Shown here in pieces: positions 29,241 to 39,497 of a DNA stretch of 64,000 nt. How positions within the stretch are numbered: position 1 is the stretch's first letter; every line of letters begins with the position of its first letter. The DNA is from an uncultured Verrucomicrobiales bacterium (lineage in GTDB: Bacteria; Verrucomicrobiota; Verrucomicrobiia; Verrucomicrobiales; Akkermansiaceae): the NCBI GenBank assembly GCA_964561965.1, contig CAZLQY010000002.1, forward strand, positions 50,421 through 114,420. The letters run 5' to 3'. The translations under genes and the position numbers were made by a program. The notes below the pieces were generated by a model. That model saw only the letters and a list, made by a program, of their open reading frames with translations, was not told the origin of the DNA and ran no database searches.

Positions 29241-29882
29241 ATGAAAATCTCACAAAATTTCCGACTTCAGCAATCACGCAGAGGTTTCACTCTCATCGAA
29301 CTCCTGATTGTTATGGCCATTATCGCTACTTTAGCTGGTATTTCTGCTCCTATTGTTCTGACAAAACTTGATGAAGCCAAACAAACCAAAAGCGAAAACA
29401 TTGCCCGACAATTAGAAATCGCCATCGATGGATTTCATCAAGATTATTACAAACTCCCCTCTCCTGAAGCTGAATACCCATCCGCAGATAATATCAGAAA
29501 GCCTTACCGAGCACAAAAGAAAGATCCTCTAGGATCCTCCATGCTCCGAATTCTTGCTAACCAAGAAACGACAGAAGATATAGTGAACCACAAAGGAGTC
29601 GAATATTACACTCCAGAAGAAGGAAAGGCCTCCTCTGATACTGGTGCCATTGGCGGAGCCTCCCGTGACTCTTCTGGAAACATCACAGGGCTTTACGACT
29701 CGTATGGACAGCCCTTCCATATTATCTTTAATTTTGATCACGATTCGGGCACTGATGTCCCAAAAATCACCTCTACAAAATCGAAACCAGAAATTCAAAA
29801 ACTCTCTGGCAAAGACTCTGCCGTCTTCAGCGCAGGGAAAGACCGCAAGATCCTATCAAGAGATGACGTGAAAACCTGGTAA
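29241..29882 (+). CDS. Prepilin-type N-terminal cleavage/methylation-domain protein (pseudopilin-like)
   Basis: RRGFTLIELLIVMAIIATLAGI is a class III signal (G/FTLIE). 213 aa, with no pilus or T2SS genes adjacent. Confidence 0.75.
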   Translation: MKISQNFRLQQSRRGFTLIELLIVMAIIATLAGISAPIVLTKLDEAKQTKSENIARQLEIAIDGFHQDYYKLPSPEAEYPSADNIRKPYRAQKKDPLGSSMLRILANQETTEDIVNHKGVEYYTPEEGKASSDTGAIGGASRDSSGNITGLYDSYGQPFHIIFNFDHDSGTDVPKITSTKSKPEIQKLSGKDSAVFSAGKDRKILSRDDVKTW

Positions 29883-29910
29883 TTCACTTCCATCTCCTAT
29901 TTCACCATAG

Positions 29911-29940
29911 CCTGTACCCATCCTCGGTGCAGGCTTTTTT
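29911..29940 (+). terminator. Intrinsic terminator after the pseudopilin-like gene
   Basis: (AG)CCTGTACC-catcctc-GGTGCAGG(CT) followed by TTTTTT. Confidence 0.7.
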
Positions 29941-30333
29941 ATGATTAAAAACAGCACACAACATTTCATCAAGCCACCTTCAAAATTTGGAACTCAAAAA
30001 GCCAACTAGGATAAGCTCTCTTCACCTCCGCCCAACTCTACCTCCGGAGAAAACTTTGATGAAGCCCCTCTATCTTCCGTGAAATCTGAAGTGGTAACTT
30101 AAAGGGTGACTACACCACAAAATTTTTAATATGAATATTTCATGAGAGTAGAGGGCTCTTTGATTCCCTTCGCATTTTGTCTTTTCAAGAGCTTCGGCTT
30201 CGCTACAGTCTGCGCGGCCTCGCCTTGATCTCTCTGAACTACGGGTTTCTAAATTCATGTTGAGTCATCACTAAGGCCATTCATTCCACTTCTATCACCT
30301 ATAGAAGTTTCACTATCGCACCATATTATAGAC

Positions 30334-32877
30334 ATGTCAGACCGTCAAAAGCCGTTCCCCTTTGATACCTTTGAACCTCAATGGCAAGACCGCTGGGATA
30401 CCGAAAAAACGTTCCGCACGCCGCAGATCGGTGATCCTGATTTCGATCGCTCTAAGCCTAAGTACTTCGTGCTCGATATGTTTCCCTACCCATCGGGAAC
30501 CGGCCTACACGTTGGCCACCCGGAAGGCTATACAGCTACTGACATTTTAGGACGCTATAAACGTATGACAGGCCACAATGTACTCCACCCTATGGGATGG
30601 GATGCTTTCGGCTTACCTGCTGAGCAACACGCGATCAAAACGAATGAACACCCTTCCATCAGCACTAAAATCAATACAGACAACTTCCGCCGCCAGCTTA
30701 AAGCACTCGGCTTTGGCTATGATTGGGATCGAGAAATCAATACAACGGACCCCGGCTACATTAAGTGGACACAATGGATCTTTATCCAACTCTACAATTC
30801 CTATTTTTGTACTGAAACAAATAAAGCACGCCCTGTTTCCGAGTTACTTGAAAAAGGCTACACGAAAGAACAAGTGGATGAAGAACGCCTCGCCTTCGTC
30901 TCTGAAGCTCCAGTAAACTGGTCTCCAGATCTAGGGACCGTCCTCGCTAATGAAGAAGTCGAAGAATGGAAAAAGAAGGGCCACACAGTAGAGCGCCGTC
31001 CCTTAAAACAATGGATGCTACGAATCACTAAATTCGCACAAAGACTCATTGATGATTTAGAACCTCTCGATTGGCCAGATTCTATTAAAGCCCTCCAGAC
31101 AAATTGGATTGGTAAGTCTGTAGGAGCAGAAGTGAATTTTGAGATCCAGGGTAACTCTGTCACAGTATTCACTACTCGCCCAGATACCCTCTTTGGTGCC
31201 ACATACATCGTCCTTGCTCCAGAGCACAATCTCGTTGCTGAAATCACTTCTGTAGAGCAGAAAGATACGGTCAATGAGTATGTTAAAGCATGCTCGACAA
31301 AATCAGATCAAGAGCGAGGAGATCTCAACAAACATAAATCAGGAGTCTTCACAGGAGCTTACGCTATTAATCCTATCAATGGAGAAGAGGTCCCTGTCTG
31401 GATCGCCGATTATGTGATGATGAGCTATGGCACTGGAGCGATCATGGCTGTACCAGGACATGATGAACGGGACTACGAATTCGCCAACAAATTTGATCTT
31501 CCTATCCTTCAAGTTGTTCAATCAACAAATGATACAGATTCTAAATGTTTCACAGGGAATGGCACAGCGATCAACTCGGGCTTCCTCGATGGAATGAAAA
31601 CTAAAGATGCTAAAAAGGCAGCGATTCAATGGTTATTAACCAATCAAAAAGGCACCTTTAAAACGAATTTTAAATTACGTGACTGGCTTTTCAGCCGCCA
31701 ACGTTACTGGGGAGAGCCCTTCCCTATTCTCTGGGAAAATGGTCAACACCGCACTGTCTCTGAAGATGAGCTCCCAGTGCTTCCTCCTGAAATGGAAGAC
31801 TTCAAACCTACAGGATCACCTGAAGGCCCACTTGCTAAGGCAACTGACTGGATTAACTACAGTAACGATGCCCAACGAGAAACGAACACCATGCCTCAAT
31901 GGGCTGGCTCATGCTGGTTTTACCTCCGCTATTGCGACCCTAACAATACAGAACGATTCATCTCTAAAGAAGCGGAAGAATACTGGATGGGGAGTAACAA
32001 AAAACCGGGCGGTGTCGATCTCTACGTCGGGGGTACAGAACACGCCGTACTCCACCTGCTCTATGCTCGGTTCTGGCACAAAGTCCTCTTCGATCTAGGC
32101 CACCTCAGTACCAACGAACCATTTCAAAAACTCGTCAATCAAGGTCTTATCTTAGGAGAAGATGGACAAAAAATGTCCAAATCCACAGGTAACGTCGTTA
32201 ATCCAGACGAAGTCATTCATCAATATGGCGCAGACTCTCTCCGCCTCTATGAAATGTTTATGGGACCACTCACTCAGGTGAAGCCATGGCAAATGAAAGG
32301 AGTCGAAGGCGTTTCACGTTTCTTAGCAAAAGTATGGCGTGTCGCCATGACAGAAAATCAAGCTGGGGAATCAGAATGGTCTGGCAAAGTATGCTCTGAA
32401 GCACCTGAGAATCAATCTTTGCTTAAGATCACTCATGAAACCATGAAAAAGGTGACAGAAGACATAGAGTCCATGTCCTTCAACACCGCCATTTCACAAA
32501 TGATGATTTGCACGAATGCCTTTACCAAAGCAGAGAAGGTTCCCGCACAACTATTCCGGCAGTTTTTATTAGTACTTCACCCCTTTGCTCCACACATCAC
32601 GGAAGAGCTTAACAAACTCCAAGGCTCCTCTGAGTTACTTTCTGAAACAGATTGGCCTCAATACAAAGAGGAATACCTCATCGAAAGTGAAATTCAACTC
32701 GTCGTCCAGGTGAATGGTAAAGTACGAGCAAAAATCATGGTCAATAAGGACAGCAGCAAAGAAGAAGTCGAAGAAACAGCGAAGACAAACGAACAAGTCG
32801 CAAACTTTCTTCAAGACCTTACAATCCGTAAGGTCATCGTCGTGCCTGGCCGTCTAGTCAACATTGTGGCGAATTAA
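30334..32877 (+). CDS. leuS: Leucine--tRNA ligase
   Basis: HIGH-type GLHVGHPEGY, KMSKS (QKMSKSTGN), CP1 editing region, 847 aa. Confidence 0.95.
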   Translation: MSDRQKPFPFDTFEPQWQDRWDTEKTFRTPQIGDPDFDRSKPKYFVLDMFPYPSGTGLHVGHPEGYTATDILGRYKRMTGHNVLHPMGWDAFGLPAEQHAIKTNEHPSISTKINTDNFRRQLKALGFGYDWDREINTTDPGYIKWTQWIFIQLYNSYFCTETNKARPVSELLEKGYTKEQVDEERLAFVSEAPVNWSPDLGTVLANEEVEEWKKKGHTVERRPLKQWMLRITKFAQRLIDDLEPLDWPDSIKALQTNWIGKSVGAEVNFEIQGNSVTVFTTRPDTLFGATYIVLAPEHNLVAEITSVEQKDTVNEYVKACSTKSDQERGDLNKHKSGVFTGAYAINPINGEEVPVWIADYVMMSYGTGAIMAVPGHDERDYEFANKFDLPILQVVQSTNDTDSKCFTGNGTAINSGFLDGMKTKDAKKAAIQWLLTNQKGTFKTNFKLRDWLFSRQRYWGEPFPILWENGQHRTVSEDELPVLPPEMEDFKPTGSPEGPLAKATDWINYSNDAQRETNTMPQWAGSCWFYLRYCDPNNTERFISKEAEEYWMGSNKKPGGVDLYVGGTEHAVLHLLYARFWHKVLFDLGHLSTNEPFQKLVNQGLILGEDGQKMSKSTGNVVNPDEVIHQYGADSLRLYEMFMGPLTQVKPWQMKGVEGVSRFLAKVWRVAMTENQAGESEWSGKVCSEAPENQSLLKITHETMKKVTEDIESMSFNTAISQMMICTNAFTKAEKVPAQLFRQFLLVLHPFAPHITEELNKLQGSSELLSETDWPQYKEEYLIESEIQLVVQVNGKVRAKIMVNKDSSKEEVEETAKTNEQVANFLQDLTIRKVIVVPGRLVNIVAN

Positions 32878-33182
32878 CAAATGGATCTCATGACATAAGG
32901 AAACAACAATTCACATTATTTCCTTATGAAACTCGCTACCAATAAGCACTTTCCACTATCTATGGGCGTAGCTCTTTCTACGTTTCCATAGATAGTATCT
33001 GCGTCTTCTCCCGATGAGCCGTTAGATTCTCCTCTACCTGTAAGACCGGTTCCATGGAATCACTTCTTCTCTTTCTTTCGTCCTACAATTAAAAGTACGG
33101 TTTTATAAGAAAAACATCTTGCACGAAAACGAAAATTGATTAGCTTCTCGCCACCAGCAATGGTAAGCAATAAAACTGAAGC

Positions 33183-33259
33183 GGAGCGGTAGCTCAATTG
33201 GTTAGAGCACCGGCCTGTCACGCCGGAGGTTGCGGGTTCGATTCCCGTCCGCTCCGCCA
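33183..33259 (+). tRNA. tRNA-Asp (anticodon GTC)
   Basis: Folded by hand: acceptor GGAGCGG/CCGCTCC, D arm GCTC...GAGC, anticodon stem CCGGC/GCCGG with loop CTGTCAC, T arm GCGGG-TTCGATT-CCCGT, encoded CCA. 77 nt. Confidence 0.9.
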
Positions 33260-33464
33260 GTTTTATATCATTTGTTTTGTTTATCGATATATTTGATTCT
33301 TCATCTATCTCTCTATTTTGTGAAGCCCAGCTAATAGAATCCTCAACTAGTCATTTTATGAATCTAGTCGCATTGATTGTGGATAGGCTCTCATAAGTGC
33401 GATGCAAAAAGGATTGATCCTCTCATCTAAGAAATCACAATTATTGTGTCAAACCCCTAGATAG

Positions 33465-33494
33465 AAAAAACGCTAGTGAATTCATTCACTAGCG
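33465..33494 (-). terminator. Intrinsic terminator downstream of trxB
   Basis: Palindrome CGCTAGTGAAT-TC-ATTCACTAGCG, followed on the minus strand by TTTTTT. Confidence 0.75.
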
Positions 33495-33560
33495 CTAAAG
33501 GGTTACATCATCTCAAGCCCCTCTTTAACAAGGACGCTAGGGAGCTATTTATTTTGTCCG

Positions 33561-34511
33561 TTATAGAGAAGCTAGGTATTGTTCCGCTTCAAGAGCAGCC
33601 ATACAACCTTGCCCTGCTGCGGTGATGCCTTGGCGATAGACTGTATCTGCTACATCTCCTGCAGCATATAAGCCAACAGTCTTTGTTGCGGTCTTTCCTG
33701 GTACTTGAACAATGTATCCAGAATCATCTAAATCTGCTAATCCATTCACAAAACCCGTATTAGGGATGTGACCAATTGCCATAAACACACCTTCTACGGC
33801 AAGCTCATCCTCGCTCCCGTCCACTGTGCTTTCTAACTTCACAGCACGAATTCGATTATTTTCATCTAGAATATAATCTGTGACACCACTGTTCCAAATC
33901 ACTTCTATTTTCTCATGATTAAGAGCACGCTGCGCCATGATTTTAGAAGCACGGAGCTCATCTCTACGATGAATAAGATAAACTTTGCTAGCGAATTTCG
34001 TTAAAAACGTCGCTTCTTCACACGCACTATCTCCGCCGCCAATGACACAAACAGGAACGCCACGATAAAAGGCACCATCACAGGTAGCACAAGCTGTTAA
34101 ACCTGCCCCAGATTTCACAAGGTCCATCTCCCCCTCTATTCCTAGGTAACGAGCGGAGGCTCCTGAGGCGATTATAACTGTCTTACTCAGCCAAGTTTTC
34201 TCTTCCTGAGTGAATTGATTGATGGAATGAACCGAGAATGATTGATCTTCGTTTTTCTCTATCTTCGTGACGATCACCGCATTTTCTACACGCGTTCCAA
34301 ACTTCTCAGCCTGCTGCTGCATCTTCACCATGAGTTCTGGCCCCATTACTCCATCGGGGAAGCCTGGGAAATTCTCTACATCTGTCGTAGTTGTAAGTTG
34401 GCCCCCAGGCTGCTCACCTGTAAGAATCACAGGATTAAGGTCTGCTCGTGCCGCGTAAATCGCTGCTGTGTACCCAGAAGGGCCTGTTCCGATAATTATA
34501 ACGTTTTCCAT
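33561..34511 (-). CDS. trxB: Thioredoxin-disulfide reductase
   Basis: IIGTGPSGYTAA FAD site, redox-active CATCDG, GGGDSACEEA NADPH site, 316 aa. Confidence 0.95.
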   Translation of the reverse strand: MENVIIIGTGPSGYTAAIYAARADLNPVILTGEQPGGQLTTTTDVENFPGFPDGVMGPELMVKMQQQAEKFGTRVENAVIVTKIEKNEDQSFSVHSINQFTQEEKTWLSKTVIIASGASARYLGIEGEMDLVKSGAGLTACATCDGAFYRGVPVCVIGGGDSACEEATFLTKFASKVYLIHRRDELRASKIMAQRALNHEKIEVIWNSGVTDYILDENNRIRAVKLESTVDGSEDELAVEGVFMAIGHIPNTGFVNGLADLDDSGYIVQVPGKTATKTVGLYAAGDVADTVYRQGITAAGQGCMAALEAEQYLASL

Positions 34512-34780
34512 AGGACAATTAAAAGTCTTGCTCGGCGAGACTATGCCTTAGAAAAATCTTAGCGCAAGAGGTCAATTTATGAAAATCACCTCCTTTTTGG
34601 GAAAATACTAGGGGACAATCCATATTTTTTTAATTCTATCGCATTTCACGATTGATGAAGAGCTTTTCCCCGCCTAAAACCTCATCACTTCGCCGACGAG
34701 ATAAAGTCAGCGCAGGAGTGTTTTGTAGATTAACAATGAAATCTGCTTACTCTCAATTAAAATACAGACTCGTATAACCA

Positions 34781-36412
34781 ATGCTCGAGAACATCCGAAA
34801 ATACACTGGCCTCATGGTCATCGTCATCATTCTGCTAGCAGCAGGACTGATTCTTACTATGAGTAATACTCGCCCAGGTGGCAGCCAAACGATAATGACC
34901 GTGAATGGCATTGGAGTCTCAAATACTGAATACTACCGTTCAGGAACTTCCGCTAGCCAACTCGTTTATTACTTCACAGATCAAGCTTCTGCTACAGGCT
35001 TAGCAGCCAATGATCCATCTGACTTTCTTGTAAACCGCCTTATCTTGCGTTCAAAAGCAAAAGAAATGGGTCTGTTTGCTGGCGATGTTGAAATCACCAA
35101 TTTCCTGCAAGAACACAGACTATTTGCAGGAGAAAACCAGGAATTTGACGCAAACGCATACTCAGAGTTCATCAAAAATCTACCTGGAGCTATGACTGAG
35201 GCTGATTTCCGCAGCTTAATTAGTGATCTGCTACTCCACGACAAACTCAAGGAAGTCATTACTGGCGGACTATCTATGCCAAGAGAACAAAGCCTCTCCA
35301 TAATCAATGCCAGTGAACAATCATTCACTGCGGACACAATTGAATGGAAACGAGCTGATTACGTCGAAGGCATCTCACCTACAGAAGAGCAAATCAAGGA
35401 ATACTGGGAAAAGCATAAAGGCTCATATATGACTGAGCGCAAATTGCGTGTTTCTTACGTGTTATCGACATCACCACGCCCCTCTGCACCAAAGGCTCCT
35501 GAAATCACTGAGGAGTTAAGTGAAGAGGAAATAACAGCTCTAAATCGAGCGTACCAAGAGGAAATAACAGCACTCAACGTTTTGCATGAATCCAATGTTA
35601 AGACGTTAAAAATACAATTCTCTGAATTCACCAATAAAGTGGAAGAGTCCGAGGGCGTTGAATTTATCGAAAACGATGCTGAGGATGGATGGAAAGATTT
35701 AAAGATTGCGTCTACTGACTTACTCGCAGAATCAGAACTAAGGACTCTTGTGGGCAACCCACAAAAACGAAGCCGTACAACAGGCCGTACTGAAGGATTT
35801 ATCTTTGATGATATTGCATCTAGCGAGTTTGGGGAAAATCTTCAGGCGATCACCGATTACTACCCTGTCGCGCCAGACGGGTATTTTGTCATGAAAGTCG
35901 AAGAACTTATAGAACCACAGGAGAAAACATACGAACAAGCGAAAGAGCAAGCTACAGCAGCCGTCACAGCTCAACTGATCGACGAAGCATTACTTGCCGC
36001 AGCCGAAGAAGCACGCGAAGCGTTCTCCAAAGAAGGTGCAGACTTTGCCAATGTCGCGAAAGAACTCGAACTTGAGGTGAAACCTATAGGCCCGTTTAAA
36101 CCTTCTCAACTAATCAACATCCCACAGGCCTCACAATACGGCCCTCAAAGAATACCTGATCAGCCGGAACTACACAAAGCATGCTTAGGCGTCAAGGTAG
36201 GTGGACTCTCTGAGATCACACTCACAAATAACGGAGAAACAGCCGTTTTGGCCAAACTAAATAAGCGTACCTTAGAAAAAAATGCTCAACCCGAAATCCA
36301 CGCCAATGGCCAACTTGCTAGCTTCAACTCCAATATGAGTTCTCAAGTATTCCAACTCTGGCTGCGTAATGAATACCTGGCTGCAGATAAGACTCTTCCG
36401 AAGAGCAACTAG
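34781..36412 (+). CDS. PpiD/SurA-N-like membrane-anchored periplasmic chaperone (degenerate parvulin region)
   Basis: N-terminal TM YTGLMVIVIILLAAGLILTM, SurA_N-like helical region, and a weak parvulin-like C-terminal stretch (VGGLSEITLTNNGETAVLAKL). Assignment by eye. Confidence 0.55.
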   Translation: MLENIRKYTGLMVIVIILLAAGLILTMSNTRPGGSQTIMTVNGIGVSNTEYYRSGTSASQLVYYFTDQASATGLAANDPSDFLVNRLILRSKAKEMGLFAGDVEITNFLQEHRLFAGENQEFDANAYSEFIKNLPGAMTEADFRSLISDLLLHDKLKEVITGGLSMPREQSLSIINASEQSFTADTIEWKRADYVEGISPTEEQIKEYWEKHKGSYMTERKLRVSYVLSTSPRPSAPKAPEITEELSEEEITALNRAYQEEITALNVLHESNVKTLKIQFSEFTNKVEESEGVEFIENDAEDGWKDLKIASTDLLAESELRTLVGNPQKRSRTTGRTEGFIFDDIASSEFGENLQAITDYYPVAPDGYFVMKVEELIEPQEKTYEQAKEQATAAVTAQLIDEALLAAAEEAREAFSKEGADFANVAKELELEVKPIGPFKPSQLINIPQASQYGPQRIPDQPELHKACLGVKVGGLSEITLTNNGETAVLAKLNKRTLEKNAQPEIHANGQLASFNSNMSSQVFQLWLRNEYLAADKTLPKSN

Positions 36413-36440
36413 CACCACGATTTCCTTACTGATTTCTTAA

Positions 36441-36476
36441 AAGCCCGCTAGTCTATCTACGGGCTTTTCTTACTTT
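36441..36476 (+). terminator. Possible weak terminator/attenuator between the ppiD-like gene and the TPR gene
   Basis: AAGCCCG-(12 nt loop)-CGGGCTT followed by TTCTTACTTTT. It ends 1 nt before the next ATG, so its function is uncertain. Confidence 0.4.
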
Positions 36477-36477
36477 T

Positions 36478-36828
36478 ATGAACTCACAGCGCGATAACAT
36501 ATTTGACGAGGCTAATGGTGAATTAGCAATAGGTGAACTCGAGTCTGCCATCACTGGCTATCGAAAGTGCTTAGAGCTCGATCCTAATTTCTTCGACGGG
36601 TGGCAAGCTTTAGGCATGGTCCTGATGAAGACAGACCAGCTCAAAGAAGCCATAGGCTGTGCCCTTCAGGCCATCGCGCTACAGCCCAATGACCTCTTAG
36701 TATGGACGGCACTCTCTCAAATGTATGTCGCTAACGGCCAAATTCCTGAAGCGGAAGAGGCAAAACAAAACGCAACGATTTTGAGCATCGGCGGCAAGGT
36801 GTCACAAGACCCACCTCACAGCTCATAA
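36478..36828 (+). CDS. Small TPR-repeat protein
   Basis: Three TPR-like units (AITGYRKCLELDPNFFDGWQALGMVLMK...AIALQPNDLLVWTALSQMY). 116 aa. Confidence 0.7.
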   Translation: MNSQRDNIFDEANGELAIGELESAITGYRKCLELDPNFFDGWQALGMVLMKTDQLKEAIGCALQAIALQPNDLLVWTALSQMYVANGQIPEAEEAKQNATILSIGGKVSQDPPHSS

Positions 36829-36847
36829 CCTTTAGAACCAATCACTT

Positions 36848-38428
36848 ATGTTTTACATCACTACAGCAATCGATTACACAAATGGAACACCTCATATAGG
36901 CCATGCCTACGAAAAAGTTCTGGCTGATGTCCTCAATCGCTATCACAAACTAAAGGGAGAAGAGACTTATTTCCTAACAGGAGTAGACCAACATGGCCAA
37001 AAAGTCCAACAAACAGCAGAAATAGAAGGAGTCAATCCAAACACTTATGTACGGCGAGTAACCAAGGGCTTCACATCAGCATGGGAGAAATTAGGCCTCG
37101 AATTTGATGGCTGGGCAGAAACAACGAACGACCTCCACAAAAGCTGTGTGCAAGAAATTCTACAGACCCTTTTCGATCAAAAGCAGATCTATAAAAAACA
37201 ATACAAAGGGTTCTATTCTATCCGGCAAGAACAGTTCTTGACCGATAAAGAGCGTAATGAAGATGGAGAATTCGGCCCAGAATGGGGTGAAGTTGAAGAA
37301 CGCGATGAAGAAAATTACTACTTCAGACTGAGCGATCATGTTGATTGGCTACGCCAATATGTGCAGTCCAATGACAACTTCGTTCTGCCATCTTTCCGCA
37401 AAGCAGATATTCTCAACGCGATCGAGCGCACAGAGGGTACTGACTTATGTATTTCTCGCCCGAAAGAGCGCCTTCGCTGGGGCATAGAGCTCCCGTTTGA
37501 CCCGGATTTCGTCACCTTTGTATGGTTTGATGCTCTGATTAATTATATATCATTTGCCGGTTACCAGAAAGCTACAGATAGTGATCTTCCTGATTTTGAG
37601 AAACTGTGGCCAGCTAATTTACATGTTATAGGAAAAGATATCCTAGTCCCCTCCCACGCTATTTATTGGCCCATTATGCTCCACGCCATGGGTTTTGACG
37701 ATACTCAGATACCCACCCTCCTCGTCCATGGGTGGTGGAACAAAAAGGGAGGAAAAGTATCCAAAAGCCAAATGAGCAAAGAAGAAGCTGTACTGATGGA
37801 CCCCATCCATTTGGTAGAACAATTTGGACAAGATGCCGTACGCTATTACCTCGTCCGAGATATTCACACTGGTAAGGATTCCGATTATGATCCCGCACGC
37901 CTAGTCATGCTGTTCAATACAGAGTTAGCAAATAACTTAGGTAATCTCTGCAACCGTGCTCTCAATATGACAAAACGCTATAGTGCCGGTGTCACTGTTT
38001 CATCAAGTTTTGATGATTCATCTAGCCAAACACTGCGCGATTCTCTGAATTCTACGTTAGAGAAATATAAGGCTCATATGGATAAGCATGAAATCTCATT
38101 TGCCTTAGAAGCAGTCATAGAATTCATCTCAGGAGCTAACATCTATGCAGAACATCATAAGCCCTGGGAAATCGCTAAGGACGAAACCAAAAGTGAGCAA
38201 CTCAATGCAGTCCTCACCCACATGGTTGAGGTGGTAGCCATCTCCAGTGTGCTACTAAAGCCTATCATTCCCAATGCCTGTGAGCGTATCCAATCCCAAC
38301 TGAAGGCCACACATTTATCCTCCCTAACACTAGATGAGTTACATTGGGGCATTCTCCCCATAGGGCATGAAGTGGCAAAGCCAAAACCTGTCTTTCCTAG
38401 GATTCAACTGCAAGAGAACGAAGAATAA
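36848..38428 (+). CDS. metG: Methionine--tRNA ligase (short form, no C-terminal tRNA-binding domain)
   Basis: HIGH-type PHIGHAYE, KMSKS-type KVSKS, 526 aa. Confidence 0.95.
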   Translation: MFYITTAIDYTNGTPHIGHAYEKVLADVLNRYHKLKGEETYFLTGVDQHGQKVQQTAEIEGVNPNTYVRRVTKGFTSAWEKLGLEFDGWAETTNDLHKSCVQEILQTLFDQKQIYKKQYKGFYSIRQEQFLTDKERNEDGEFGPEWGEVEERDEENYYFRLSDHVDWLRQYVQSNDNFVLPSFRKADILNAIERTEGTDLCISRPKERLRWGIELPFDPDFVTFVWFDALINYISFAGYQKATDSDLPDFEKLWPANLHVIGKDILVPSHAIYWPIMLHAMGFDDTQIPTLLVHGWWNKKGGKVSKSQMSKEEAVLMDPIHLVEQFGQDAVRYYLVRDIHTGKDSDYDPARLVMLFNTELANNLGNLCNRALNMTKRYSAGVTVSSSFDDSSSQTLRDSLNSTLEKYKAHMDKHEISFALEAVIEFISGANIYAEHHKPWEIAKDETKSEQLNAVLTHMVEVVAISSVLLKPIIPNACERIQSQLKATHLSSLTLDELHWGILPIGHEVAKPKPVFPRIQLQENEE

Positions 38429-38533
38429 TTCAACAGCCCCCCTCGAACGAACCCATTCTCTCATCATTTTACCACAAATTTGAATAACGCTTCAGCTCAT
38501 ATCGTCTCAAAGAGTATCAAAACATTGAATAAC

Positions 38534-38562
38534 TTGACATAGCCCCCCTGAATGCTATAAAT
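38534..38562 (+). promoter_or_regulatory. Sigma-70-like promoter candidate for the 38595 lipoprotein gene
   Basis: TTGACA (38534-38539), a 16-nt spacer, then TATAAAT (38556-38562). About 30 nt upstream of the ATG. Consensus match only. Confidence 0.35.
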
Positions 38563-38594
38563 ACTGCACTAGAGCGCTTGAAATAAATACTGTT

Positions 38595-39008
38595 ATGAAA
38601 TTCCTACTATCATTCATCCCATTAACAACCTTATTGGTCTCATGCTACCCCTTGACCTATACTCCCCAAGGAATCTATAACCCTTACGGTAATACCACTA
38701 GGCCTTTACCCAACAATGGTGTAACGCAACCAAATATCACAACGGTTCCTCCAAACACACCCGCTATACCACCCCAAATCCCTTCCGTAAAGCCACCCTC
38801 TTTCAATACACCAAACGTACCAAAGCCTCCTATCAAGCCTCAATTAAAGACTCCTAATTACCCTTATGCCCAAGCCGTCCCTGGAGAAAAAGGCTTTGTA
38901 TTAAACCCCTACACAGGAAATAAGGTAGATGTCTCAAACCTCAGTCGCGGAACACTGGTCAGAGACCCTCACGATAAAAACGCAGACCATAAATTCAGAG
39001 TTCCTTAG
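38595..39008 (+). CDS. Proline-rich lipoprotein, function unknown
   Basis: Signal peptide with lipobox LVSC, PPxxP-rich middle, C-terminal GFVLNPYTGNKVDVSNLSRGTLVRDP...FRVP module. Confidence 0.45.
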   Translation: MKFLLSFIPLTTLLVSCYPLTYTPQGIYNPYGNTTRPLPNNGVTQPNITTVPPNTPAIPPQIPSVKPPSFNTPNVPKPPIKPQLKTPNYPYAQAVPGEKGFVLNPYTGNKVDVSNLSRGTLVRDPHDKNADHKFRVP

Positions 39009-39022
39009 CCCTATGCTGCCTT

Positions 39023-39448
39023 ATGGAATCATTTCAAGTCTCCAAGAACCTATTACGTAGTGCCCATCATTTAGGGAAAGTAGGCCGATGCCACGTTTTA
39101 TTAAAGAATAACGCTCATTATTCCTGGTTTCTCATCGTTCCAGAAACAGAGTGTGAAGAGATGTTCCAACTGGCACCAGATCTTCTGAATGAGATCCATT
39201 CCTACACGGATCTATTATCTCAGTTTATCGTGAAAACACTGGGAAGTTTCAAAATAAACATGGGGCAGATTGGTAACGTGGTCCCCCAGTTACATATTCA
39301 CGTGGTAGGGAGAAATTCTGGAGATCCGGCATGGCCGGCACCAGTATGGGGGCATCCTGAAAAAGAAAAATATACAGAAGAAGCCGTTCTGGAACTTCAA
39401 AACAAGTTACTGGAGGCTAGACTTCTAGTAGAAGAGCCTATCACGTAA
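39023..39448 (+). CDS. HIT-family nucleotide hydrolase/transferase
   Basis: Histidine triad QLHIHVVGR. 141 aa. Confidence 0.8.
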   Translation: MESFQVSKNLLRSAHHLGKVGRCHVLLKNNAHYSWFLIVPETECEEMFQLAPDLLNEIHSYTDLLSQFIVKTLGSFKINMGQIGNVVPQLHIHVVGRNSGDPAWPAPVWGHPEKEKYTEEAVLELQNKLLEARLLVEEPIT

Positions 39449-39497
39449 TCCACCGAACACGAATCGTTCGCGATAGACAAAAAGCCTAAACGCACGA

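Noticed and set aside
30070-30258. 62-aa minus-strand ORF in the leuS upstream region
   Set aside because: The composition is Arg/Ser/Glu-rich and implausible. There is no start context or terminator, and I recognise no family.
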